Virus record (IMG/VR): IMGVR_UViG_3300037454_000132
Coordinates: 1-58,095 of that record
Direction: 5' to 3' (one strand)
Source of the DNA: a virus
Length of the DNA: 58,095 nt
In this document: in pieces, positions 17,259 through 25,426 of the stretch
Position numbering within the stretch: the first letter of the stretch is position 1
Layout: every line of letters starts with the position of its first letter
Program-made: the position numbers and the translations under genes
Notes under the pieces: generated by a model
What the model was told of the DNA's origin: nothing
Seen by the model: the letters and a program-made list of their open reading frames with translations, nothing else
Databases searched by the model: none

Positions 17259-17888
17259 ATGGGCGGACGCGGCTCTATCTCAAAATTCAATAACGGGAAC
17301 AGCGGCAACACGCCCCGCCCACAGACCCTTGACGACTACTTAGGGCAGAAAGGCGATCCGAAAAGCCTTGATACCGCTATGACGACGGCAAATCCCCACT
17401 GGCTGGAATCCGCGCAGAAAAAGGACGGGCTGTATACTCACAACTGTCAACGCTGTATCTGGGCGGTAGAGCTTATGCGGCGCGGCTATGACGTGGAAGC
17501 CCTGCCCCGGACAGCGGATAACACCTATGCCCTGCTTGACCCGGACAAACCGCACAGCTTTGTCAACGTGGGCGATCCCCCGTTGCAGTTCAGCGCGGCA
17601 ATCGGCAACATCTGGTACAAGGCCAAAGCAACCGACGTGAAGAACGAAATCCTGAGACACCCGGAGGGATCACGCGGCGCGCTGGTTATGCACGGCCTGA
17701 AAAAAGGCCATGTGTGCAACTGGGAGATCGTCAAGGGCAAGGTGGTTATCTATGACGGGCAGGTAGGCCAAAAGCATACCTTGACCGACCTGATGAAAAA
17801 GGGCTTTGTGTCGTTCAAGGTGGCCCGTATGGATAACGTCGGCATCACCGACCTTGCGAAAGACTTTGTGAAAAGGAGGCAGTCATAA
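17259..17888 (+). CDS. Papain-fold (Tox-PL1/glutamine-deamidase-like) effector domain protein
   Basis: YTHNCQRCIWAVEL (Cys), KKGHVCNWEIV (His), VIYDGQ (Asp). N-terminus is MGGRGS. GGGAGG lies upstream. Confidence 0.55.
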   Translation: MGGRGSISKFNNGNSGNTPRPQTLDDYLGQKGDPKSLDTAMTTANPHWLESAQKKDGLYTHNCQRCIWAVELMRRGYDVEALPRTADNTYALLDPDKPHSFVNVGDPPLQFSAAIGNIWYKAKATDVKNEILRHPEGSRGALVMHGLKKGHVCNWEIVKGKVVIYDGQVGQKHTLTDLMKKGFVSFKVARMDNVGITDLAKDFVKRRQS

Positions 17889-18043
17889 TGGCACAGGCAA
17901 AGGGCAAGAAGCCGAGCCGGGAGGAAGCGCAGCGGTTGACTGAGGAAGCTATGAAAAAGCAGCTCTATGTTGACCCCATCGACCCGATCCCCGGAAAGAA
18001 AGCCCCGGCAAAGAAGAAAGCCCCCGCAAAGGGCAAGAAGTAA
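17888..18043 (+). CDS. Lys-rich microprotein (51 aa)
   Basis: ATG overlaps the previous stop (TAATG). C-terminal tail: GKKAPAKKKAPAKGKK. Analogous to 17082..17243. Confidence 0.5.
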   Translation: MAQAKGKKPSREEAQRLTEEAMKKQLYVDPIDPIPGKKAPAKKKAPAKGKK

Positions 18044-18060
18044 AACCGCATATCCTGAAA

Positions 18061-18095
18061 CCCCGCAACGGCGAAAAGCTGTTGCGGGGATTTTT
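18061..18095 (+). terminator. Rho-independent terminator
   Basis: CCCCGCAAC-11 nt loop-GTTGCGGGG followed by ATTTTT. Confidence 0.7.
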
Positions 18096-18125
18096 ATACC
18101 ATTCTGACAGAGGGGAGGAAACACA

Positions 18126-18908
18126 ATGCAGATCGAAGCATTCAAAAGAGAGTTTCGGGACGTGGTAGCCGTTCCGTTTGGTGCGGATCATGCGTTATTC
18201 CGTAGCCCCCTGCGCCTTGTCAATCTGGAAACCGGCAAGGAAAAGCGGCTCAAGTCCCTTGAGGACGCGCTTGACCTTGACGTGGAGGGCAAGACCATAG
18301 CTGAGTACATTGAGGAAATGGATCATATCAGCTTTGAGCGCGAGGGCGGCAGAGGCGGCAGCTCCGGCTTGCGCAACGGAGAGAACGAACAGTCTTTCAA
18401 GTTCGGCCACGCGCCCCACGGCAGGGGCAGCGGTCATGACGTGAAAGACCTGCCCGCGAAACTCAATGTGCGCATCCCGATCAACGGCAAGTCCCCGGAG
18501 GCCGCGCTTGCGGAGTTCCGCAAGCTACACGCGCTGAGTAACACCGAGTACGGCGTTACGGTTGACGAACAGGGCTTTATCACTCAGTACGTCAAGGGCG
18601 GTGCTACGAGCGTCGGCATCTGGGGCAAAAAGGGCGAAATGGTTTACCACAATCACCCGTCCGGGGGCGCGTTCTCCGACAGCGACTTGCTCAGTACGTC
18701 CATGAGCGCGGAAAAGGGCATCGTCGCAAGCGGAAAGAACGGCGACTACATCTTTGTGAAGAACGGCGGTCATTTCAAGGCTCAGGCGTTTATGAAAGCC
18801 GTCAGGAATGCAAAGATGAAAGGCACAAGCTACGACGACGCCGTTGACAAGTGGCTGAAAGCGAATCAGAAAAAGTACGGGTACACCTACGTTTTCAAGA
18901 AAGCGTGA
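18126..18908 (+). CDS. JAB/MPN-like metallopeptidase domain protein
   Basis: YHNHPSGGAFSDSD (HxH...S..D, RadC/JAMM-like). An internal EGGRGGSSG linker follows a 75-aa N-terminal domain. Confidence 0.55.
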   Translation: MQIEAFKREFRDVVAVPFGADHALFRSPLRLVNLETGKEKRLKSLEDALDLDVEGKTIAEYIEEMDHISFEREGGRGGSSGLRNGENEQSFKFGHAPHGRGSGHDVKDLPAKLNVRIPINGKSPEAALAEFRKLHALSNTEYGVTVDEQGFITQYVKGGATSVGIWGKKGEMVYHNHPSGGAFSDSDLLSTSMSAEKGIVASGKNGDYIFVKNGGHFKAQAFMKAVRNAKMKGTSYDDAVDKWLKANQKKYGYTYVFKKA

Positions 18909-18943
18909 GCGGCGCGCTTGCGCAGAAAGGTAGGTGACTGACA

Positions 18944-19429
18944 ATGGCAAGACGCGGAGTGCTGACATATAACACCCCCGAAGAAATGCAGGAAAAGATC
19001 GACGCTTATTTTGAAAGCTGTGAGGGGCATATCCTGACCGACGACAATGGAAAGCCGATTCTTGATAAGTTCGGCCATCCGAACATCATAGACGCGAAGC
19101 CCCCCACCATCACCGGCCTTGCCCTTGCCATCGGTTTTAATTCCCGGCAAACCCTTTTGAATTATCAGGCAAAGGCCGCTTTCCGCGACGTGCTTATTCG
19201 TGCGAAGTCCCGCGTTGAAATGTATACGGAGGAACGTCTTTTCGATAAAGACGGCGCGGCTGGCGCGCGTTTCTCCCTACAGTTCAATTTCAAGGGCTGG
19301 CGTGAGGATAAGGACGACGAAAACAAGGCACCGGTTGTCAACATCATCTGTGACATTCCGAAAGCCGCCCCGACTGAGGCGGCAGCGCCGGAAAGCACCG
19401 GCGAGGCGGTGAGCGATAATGCCGACTGA
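18944..19429 (+). CDS. terS: Terminase small subunit
   Basis: TPEEMQEKIDAYFESC...PPTITGLALAIGFNSRQTLLNY is typical of TerS. It lies immediately upstream of and overlaps TerL. Confidence 0.75.
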   Translation: MARRGVLTYNTPEEMQEKIDAYFESCEGHILTDDNGKPILDKFGHPNIIDAKPPTITGLALAIGFNSRQTLLNYQAKAAFRDVLIRAKSRVEMYTEERLFDKDGAAGARFSLQFNFKGWREDKDDENKAPVVNIICDIPKAAPTEAAAPESTGEAVSDNAD

Positions 19430-20666
19430 CGGCGTAAGACTGTCTGACTGTATCGCTCCCGCCTTTTATCCGGTCTACTGGGACATTCAAAACGGGGATC
19501 ACACGTTCTATGACCTGTTCGGCGGACGTGGATCAACAAAATCGTCCTTTATCAGTATCATGCTGATTCTGGGGATCGTGCAGGACAGGGACGCAAACGC
19601 AATCGTTTTCCGCAAGGTAGGAAACACGCTGGGAACGTCCGTCTATGAACAGGTCTTGTGGGCGATCAACGCCCTTGAAATGCAGGATCAGTGGAAATGC
19701 ACGACAAGCCCGTACAAATGTACGTATAAGCGTACAGGGCAGGTCATTCTTTTCCGTGGTTTGGACTACGCGAAAAAGCTGAAATCCATCAAGGTATCAA
19801 AGGGCTATCTCAAGTACCTCTGGTTTGAGGAATTGGACGAGTTCGCCGGGGAAGAAGAAATACGATCCGTGCAACAGTCCGTCCTACGCGGCGGCGAGAA
19901 GCACGTTGTATTCAAGTCCTTTAACCCCCCGATCAGCAAGGCAAACTGGGCGAATCAGTACGTTATGAAGCCGCAGCGCAGGGCGCTACGGCACAAATCC
20001 TGTTATACCGAAGTTCCCCCGGAGTGGTTAGGGCAACAGTTCCTTGACGACGCGGAGGACTTGAAAGAGACAAACCCCCGCGCGTATCAGCATGAATATC
20101 TGGGCGAGGCCGTAGGCACGGGCGGCGAGGTCTTTGAAAACCTTGAAATCCGGGAGATCACCGACGAGGAAATCAGTCATTTCGACAACATCTTTATGGG
20201 GATTGACTGGGGCTGGTATCCTGACCCGTTCCACTGGGGAAAGATGCACTACGACAGCACCCGGAAAACCCTGTACATCTACGACGAGTACCGCGCGAAC
20301 AAGCAATCCAACGCTGAGACGTGGAACAACCTTGTCATGCTCAAAGGCGTCACGGAATCCGACCTTATCACGGCGGACAGCGCGGAGCCGAAAAGCGTGA
20401 GCGACTACCGGGACTATGGCTCCCTTTGCCGGGGCGCGATCAAAGGCCCCGACAGTGTGCGGTACGGCATGAAGTGGCTGCAATCGCTCAAGAAGATCGT
20501 CATTGACCCCGGCAGGTGTCCGGCCACGGCGAAAGAGTTTTCCGAGTATGAGTACGAGCGAACGCCTGACGATGAAATAATCAGCGGTTATCCCGACCTG
20601 AACAATCATTCCATCGACTGTGTGCGGTACGCTATGGAACGCATCTGGAAGCGGAAAGGACAGTAA
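19419..20666 (+). CDS. terL: Terminase large subunit (PBSX-like)
   Basis: Walker A: FGGRGSTKSS. Walker B: YLWFEELDE. C-terminal nuclease region: DWGWYPDP...HSIDCVRY. Confidence 0.9.
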   Translation: MPTDGVRLSDCIAPAFYPVYWDIQNGDHTFYDLFGGRGSTKSSFISIMLILGIVQDRDANAIVFRKVGNTLGTSVYEQVLWAINALEMQDQWKCTTSPYKCTYKRTGQVILFRGLDYAKKLKSIKVSKGYLKYLWFEELDEFAGEEEIRSVQQSVLRGGEKHVVFKSFNPPISKANWANQYVMKPQRRALRHKSCYTEVPPEWLGQQFLDDAEDLKETNPRAYQHEYLGEAVGTGGEVFENLEIREITDEEISHFDNIFMGIDWGWYPDPFHWGKMHYDSTRKTLYIYDEYRANKQSNAETWNNLVMLKGVTESDLITADSAEPKSVSDYRDYGSLCRGAIKGPDSVRYGMKWLQSLKKIVIDPGRCPATAKEFSEYEYERTPDDEIISGYPDLNNHSIDCVRYAMERIWKRKGQ

Positions 20667-21023
20667 ATGACCGTTTCGGTTTTGGGTACAGACTACGAGA
20701 TCGTCAGAAAGAAATACGCGGACGATCCTGATTTCAAAGAACGAAGCATCGACGGCTACTGTGACGGCGTGTATCATAGAATCGTTCTTTGCGATATGAC
20801 AACCTTTCCCGGCATGGAAAAAGAGCCGGAAGAACGCTGCCGGATCATAGAACGCGCAACGCTGCGGCATGAGATCATTCACGCCTTTTTCAACGAGAGC
20901 GGTTTGAAAGACTGCGCGTTTTTGGTGGAACAGGCGTGGTCAAAGAATGAGGAAATGGTAGATTGGTTTGCCCTGCAAGGGCCGAAAATCTACGCGGCGT
21001 GGAAATCGGTTGACGCGGTGTGA
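20667..21023 (+). CDS. Putative HExxH zinc-metallopeptidase-like protein
   Basis: The LRHEIIHAFFNESG motif. ATG follows directly after the TerL stop. Confidence 0.55.
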   Translation: MTVSVLGTDYEIVRKKYADDPDFKERSIDGYCDGVYHRIVLCDMTTFPGMEKEPEERCRIIERATLRHEIIHAFFNESGLKDCAFLVEQAWSKNEEMVDWFALQGPKIYAAWKSVDAV

Positions 21024-21046
21024 GCTGACAGCTACACGGCAGAGGC

Positions 21047-21286
21047 GGTAAACAGATTGGTCTACAAAGTGGTCTACAGTTGCCGAAAATCTGTAGCAAC
21101 TGTAGACCGCAACTGTTTATCTGTAACCTATCTGTTTACCTATTTGTAGACCGCTCAAAGCCTTATGTATCAAGGCTTTCCGGGCTTTTATAAACAGATA
21201 AACAGGTTGTTCTAATAGACCCCTTGAAATAGGGAGTAATCAGGCTGAAAACCGCCTGAGCGCGCATATATGTATACGCGCGCGTG
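21047..21286. repeat. Composite iteron-rich intergenic element, copy B
   Basis: GTCTACA/TGTAGAC at 21060, 21072, 21101 and 21145 (plus a degenerate TGTAGCA). AAACAGAT repeats in both orientations. AAAGCCTT/AAGGCTTT hairpin. TATACGCGCGCGTG at 21273-21286. Confidence 0.9.
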
Positions 21287-21304
21287 GAAACTGTAGCTGA
21301 CGCC

Positions 21305-21333
21305 TTGTAAACATCAACACGGAATGCTATAAT
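21305..21333 (+). promoter_or_regulatory. Sigma70-type promoter ahead of the morphogenesis block
   Basis: TTGTAA-17 nt-TATAAT, with TGC directly upstream of the -10 (extended -10). Confidence 0.5.
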
Positions 21334-21363
21334 GATAACATCCGTAAACAGGAGGCTTTCATC

Positions 21364-21735
21364 ATGGCGGTGTGTCCGAAGTGCGGCGGCAGGAATTTTC
21401 GGTATGAGCTGCGGTCAGCCGGTACGCGATCCCGGACAAACTATTACCGGACAGGTGTTCGGCAGAGCTGGGTAATCCCGGCAGGGCGCAAGACCTACCG
21501 TAGTCAGCGCCTACAAAAATCGGTTGGCATCTGTGCGGACTGCGGCTATACCGCACAGGAACGCAGCGGGTGGTTTTACGTGCTGTGCTTTCTGTTCTTC
21601 CCGGTTTCGCTGTCCGTCTGGTTTTACCGAACACCGGCGATCCGGCTTGACCGGAAATGGCGGCTGTTGATTATCGTCGGTTTCTGGGCGGTACTGATAA
21701 CGATAGGCGCGTTACGGTCTGAACAAATCATCTGA
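21364..21735 (+). CDS. Zinc-ribbon membrane protein (123 aa)
   Basis: CPKCGG...CADCGY, followed by two hydrophobic helices. Confidence 0.65.
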   Translation: MAVCPKCGGRNFRYELRSAGTRSRTNYYRTGVRQSWVIPAGRKTYRSQRLQKSVGICADCGYTAQERSGWFYVLCFLFFPVSLSVWFYRTPAIRLDRKWRLLIIVGFWAVLITIGALRSEQII

Positions 21736-21806
21736 TTTTTTCGCAGAGGGTGTCAGTAATGACGCCCTCTTTTCATATCCGCCAAAAGGTGGTGAGAGAA
21801 AACCCC

Positions 21807-23300
21807 ATGTTCACAAAGCTACTCAATTTTATCCGACAGGTGGTGAGAAAGATTTTACCGTACAAAGATATTGAATCGGTTGAGCGCATAGAAACACCGC
21901 TGTCAAACGAAATGGCACAGGCGCTTGACGATTGGTACAATATGTATCTGAACAAGGCGGAGTGGTTAAAGCCTGATACGGTGAAGTCCCTTAACCTCCC
22001 CGCCTTTATCTGTGCGGAGCTGTCCCGGCAGATCGTTCTTGAAATGAAGTGGAACATCACCGGCAAGAACGTAGACGGCAGCACTCAGAACGAGGACGGC
22101 GAGGCGATTATGAATCCCCGCGCCGAATTTCTCAAGGCTGAGTTTGAGCGGTGCATTACCGTTCTCCGGCAAAAGCTGGAACAGGGCTGCGCGGCTGGCG
22201 GCATGACGATCAAGCCCTATCCCAAAGGCGAACACATCTACTTTGACTGGACAATGGATTGGAGCCTGTACCCGATTGCCTTTGACGACGACGGGAATCT
22301 GAGCGACGTAATTTTCCGGGACAGCTACACGCAGGGCAAGGTATTCTATACCCGCCTTGAGCGTCATACCGTGGACGGCAATAACGTTAAGATCAGTCAG
22401 AGGGCTTTCAAATCCACCATGCGGGACAATATCGGAACGGAAATCAGTCTTTCCGAAGTCCCGGCGTGGGCAGAGCTTGAGCCGGAGGCCACCGTACAGA
22501 ACACGGGCGGTCAGATGTTCGGCTGGTTCAAGGTTGCCGCTGCGAACAGCATTGACGTTGACAGTCCTATGGGCGCGTCCGTCTACTGCAAGGCCCGGAA
22601 CACCATCAAGGAAGCCGACATACAGTATTCCCGCATTCTCTGGGAGTATGAGGCGTCCGAAATGGCGATTGACGTTGATCCTACCGTCCTGCGTCCGAAA
22701 AAGGGCGCTGACGGCAAGATGGAAATGCCGAAGCTGAATGAACGGCTTTTCCGTGGCGTCGATATGGGGAAAGACGACAACTACAACGTCTTTGCCCCCG
22801 CGATCCGGGACAGCTCCCTTATGAATGGCCTGAATCAGCTCCTTATGCGGATCGAAGATCAGTGCGGCCTTGCGCGTGGTACGCTTTCCGACGCCAACAG
22901 TGAGGCGCGGACGGCTACGGAGCTGCGGATCGTCAAACAGCGGTCTTATGCGACGGTTGCGGACAATCAGACGGCCCTTGAAAACTGTCTGAAAGACGTG
23001 ATCCGGGCTATGGACAAGTACGCGACAATGTATCATCTTGCCCCGGAGGGCGAATACGACGTTTCCTTTGAGTGGGACGACAGCATTATTACTGACACCG
23101 AACAGCAGATGAATGAAAGAATGCTCTTGCTGACCAACGGCGTTATCAGTAAAGCTGAGTTCCGCGAGTGGTACTTTGGTGAGACAAAAGCACAGGCGAA
23201 CGCCGCGATTGAAAACATTGCCGCCGAAAAAGCCGCCGACATGGAACAGCTTTTGCCGAAGCTCCCCACGAATCAGACCGGCGAGGACGACGAGGAATAG
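21807..23300 (+). CDS. Portal protein (SPP1 gp6-like)
   Basis: About 497 aa, positioned between terminase and MuF. Start is MFTKLLNFIRQ with an AAGGTGGTGAG RBS. The C-terminus is acidic. Confidence 0.85.
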   Translation: MFTKLLNFIRQVVRKILPYKDIESVERIETPLSNEMAQALDDWYNMYLNKAEWLKPDTVKSLNLPAFICAELSRQIVLEMKWNITGKNVDGSTQNEDGEAIMNPRAEFLKAEFERCITVLRQKLEQGCAAGGMTIKPYPKGEHIYFDWTMDWSLYPIAFDDDGNLSDVIFRDSYTQGKVFYTRLERHTVDGNNVKISQRAFKSTMRDNIGTEISLSEVPAWAELEPEATVQNTGGQMFGWFKVAAANSIDVDSPMGASVYCKARNTIKEADIQYSRILWEYEASEMAIDVDPTVLRPKKGADGKMEMPKLNERLFRGVDMGKDDNYNVFAPAIRDSSLMNGLNQLLMRIEDQCGLARGTLSDANSEARTATELRIVKQRSYATVADNQTALENCLKDVIRAMDKYATMYHLAPEGEYDVSFEWDDSIITDTEQQMNERMLLLTNGVISKAEFREWYFGETKAQANAAIENIAAEKAADMEQLLPKLPTNQTGEDDEE

Positions 23301-23311
23301 GGAGGCCGTAA

Positions 23312-24463
23312 ATGCTGACTGAGAAAGAGCTTGAGGCGGCGATCAAGCGGATCACTGACCGGCTGGACGAGGTAAACCGGCTGTTCGTCAAAAAGATTGC
23401 CGTGCAAATCCTGAAAATCGGAGAGCTGAATCAGTCCAGCATCAACCGTCTTATCGTCATGGCCGATATGGGCGCGGACGTTGCGGACATAAACCGGCAG
23501 CTCCAAGAGGCTACCGCTCTGAATATCCGTGACCTGTTCAAAATCTACCAAGCGGCGCTGACGGAAACCTACACGGACAAACGATTCAAAGTGTTCCTGC
23601 AACAGACCCCGCTTTCCACTGAACAGCGGGACAGGATCACGCAGTTTGCGCAGAATGTCAGCGTACAGACCGCGCAGACCATGTTGAATATCTCAAACAC
23701 CACCGCCGTTCAGGATCAGTACAAAGAGGCCGTTGACAAGGCGATCACCGCCGTTTCCGTGGGGCTGTCCGATTATCAGTCCGCCACCCGGAGCGTGATA
23801 CGGGATATAGGCTACAACGGCTTGCAGGTCTACTATGAAAGCGGCTACCACCGGCGACTTGATACCGCCGTTCGGCAAAACATCATCGACGGCGTGAATC
23901 AGATCAATCAAAACGCCTCCCTTGAAATGGGGGAAGCTCTGGGGTTTGACGCGATTGAGCTTTCCGCACACGCGCACAGTGCCCCGGATCACGAGCCGGT
24001 ACAGGGCCGCGTCTTTCTCAAAGCGGAATTTGAGAAGATGCAGAACGGCGAGGACTTTTCCGACGTGGACGGCCACCGCTACGAGGGATTCCCCCGGCCT
24101 ATCGGTGAATGGAATTGTCAGCATATCGCAATGAGCTTTTCAACAGCTCATTCCGTGCGTCGGTATACGGAGGATCAGCTTTCCCAGTGGGCGCGGGATA
24201 ACGCCAAAGGCTGCACGTTCAACGGAAAGCATATGACGACCTATCAGGCGCAACAGTATATGCGGCGGCTGGAAACCCGTGTCCGGCGCGAAAAGGACAG
24301 CGCAAACGCGGCGCGGGATGTGAACGACGACGAGCTGCGGCGATCCTGTCAGGTCAGGATCAACAAGCTCTCAAAACAGTATTATGCTCTTGCCAAAGCT
24401 GCGGGACTGAAACCGCATGGAAACCGGCTGTCTGTGGAGGGATTCAAGGCAGTCAAGGTTTAA
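23312..24463 (+). CDS. Minor head protein, MuF/SPP1 gp7 family (no C-terminal toxin domain)
   Basis: ELSAHAHSAPDHEPVQGRVF...PIGEWNCQH is typical of the gp7 domain. It follows the portal gene. Confidence 0.85.
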   Translation: MLTEKELEAAIKRITDRLDEVNRLFVKKIAVQILKIGELNQSSINRLIVMADMGADVADINRQLQEATALNIRDLFKIYQAALTETYTDKRFKVFLQQTPLSTEQRDRITQFAQNVSVQTAQTMLNISNTTAVQDQYKEAVDKAITAVSVGLSDYQSATRSVIRDIGYNGLQVYYESGYHRRLDTAVRQNIIDGVNQINQNASLEMGEALGFDAIELSAHAHSAPDHEPVQGRVFLKAEFEKMQNGEDFSDVDGHRYEGFPRPIGEWNCQHIAMSFSTAHSVRRYTEDQLSQWARDNAKGCTFNGKHMTTYQAQQYMRRLETRVRREKDSANAARDVNDDELRRSCQVRINKLSKQYYALAKAAGLKPHGNRLSVEGFKAVKV

Positions 24464-24701
24464 CGGCCCGTCAAAGGCCGTAGACAGGCGCAGGAGCGTT
24501 TCTTTCACGCGGGGCAGGAACGTATACCCCCGCAAATATCGGCGCGTATAGCGCCTCTCAGAGCGTTCTACGGTCATTCCGTAGGGCGTTCTCTTTATCC
24601 GTATCAATGGCACTCAGCCTTTGATATACAAAATCATCCCCTCAGCATGGGAATTAAACCGCTGGCGGCGGACACTCAGTCTTGCCGTAAAAGGAGGAAG
24701 T

Positions 24702-25382
24702 ATGACACTGAAAGACCTGCTTACCCCGGAGCTGTACACACAGGTACAGGCGAGGATTGACGAAGTGAACGCGGGGCAGACCGACAAGACAAAGCACGTC
24801 CGTTTTGCGGACTTGTCCGAGGGCGGTTATGTCAGCGTTGACAAGTACAATTCTCAGGTGAACGCCCTGAATCAGCAGATCACCGATTTGCAGGGGCAGA
24901 TCACCAAGCGCGACAGCGACATTACCGGCCTGAAAGATAAGCTGACCGCTGCGCAGGGCGACGCGACGAAGCTGACCGAGGCCCAGAACGCCCTTACCGC
25001 TTTGCAGTCTCAGTATGACACTGAGCGGCAGGACTGGGAGAAGAAAACCCAGAAACAGCGGTATGAGTTCATGGTGCGTGAAAAGGCAAACGGCCTGAAT
25101 TTCTCGTCCCCGGCTGCGAAGCGTGACTTTATCAGTCAGGCCAACGGCAAGGAGTTCAAGGTAGACGGCGAAACCTTGCTGGGCTACGAGGATTTCCTTA
25201 CCAAGTACAAGGCCGAAAATCCCGGCGCGCTGGTCGATGCTACACCGCCTGACGGCGGTACTCCCCCGGAGGGCGGCAAGGCCCCGACAATCGTACTCCC
25301 GAAAACCGGAAAGCCGGAGCCGGAAAAGAGTGCGTTCGGCTTCCATTTCAACGGGGTACGCCCGAAACCCGCTGACGAGTAA
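24702..25382 (+). CDS. Scaffolding protein (GP20-like)
   Basis: Coiled-coil and Q-rich (NALNQQITDLQGQITKRD). AAAGGAGG lies before ATG24702. It sits directly upstream of the capsid gene. Confidence 0.75.
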   Translation: MTLKDLLTPELYTQVQARIDEVNAGQTDKTKHVRFADLSEGGYVSVDKYNSQVNALNQQITDLQGQITKRDSDITGLKDKLTAAQGDATKLTEAQNALTALQSQYDTERQDWEKKTQKQRYEFMVREKANGLNFSSPAAKRDFISQANGKEFKVDGETLLGYEDFLTKYKAENPGALVDATPPDGGTPPEGGKAPTIVLPKTGKPEPEKSAFGFHFNGVRPKPADE

Positions 25383-25426
25383 AACACCGGGCAACATCAT
25401 CAATCTACGAAAGGAAGAATGTAACA

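Noticed and set aside
19476-19500. GGRGS shared between the TerL Walker A (FGGRGSTKSS) and the MGGRGS N-termini of the effector proteins.
   Set aside because: In TerL it is the P-loop of the PBSX family. The resemblance to the effector linkers is most likely coincidental.
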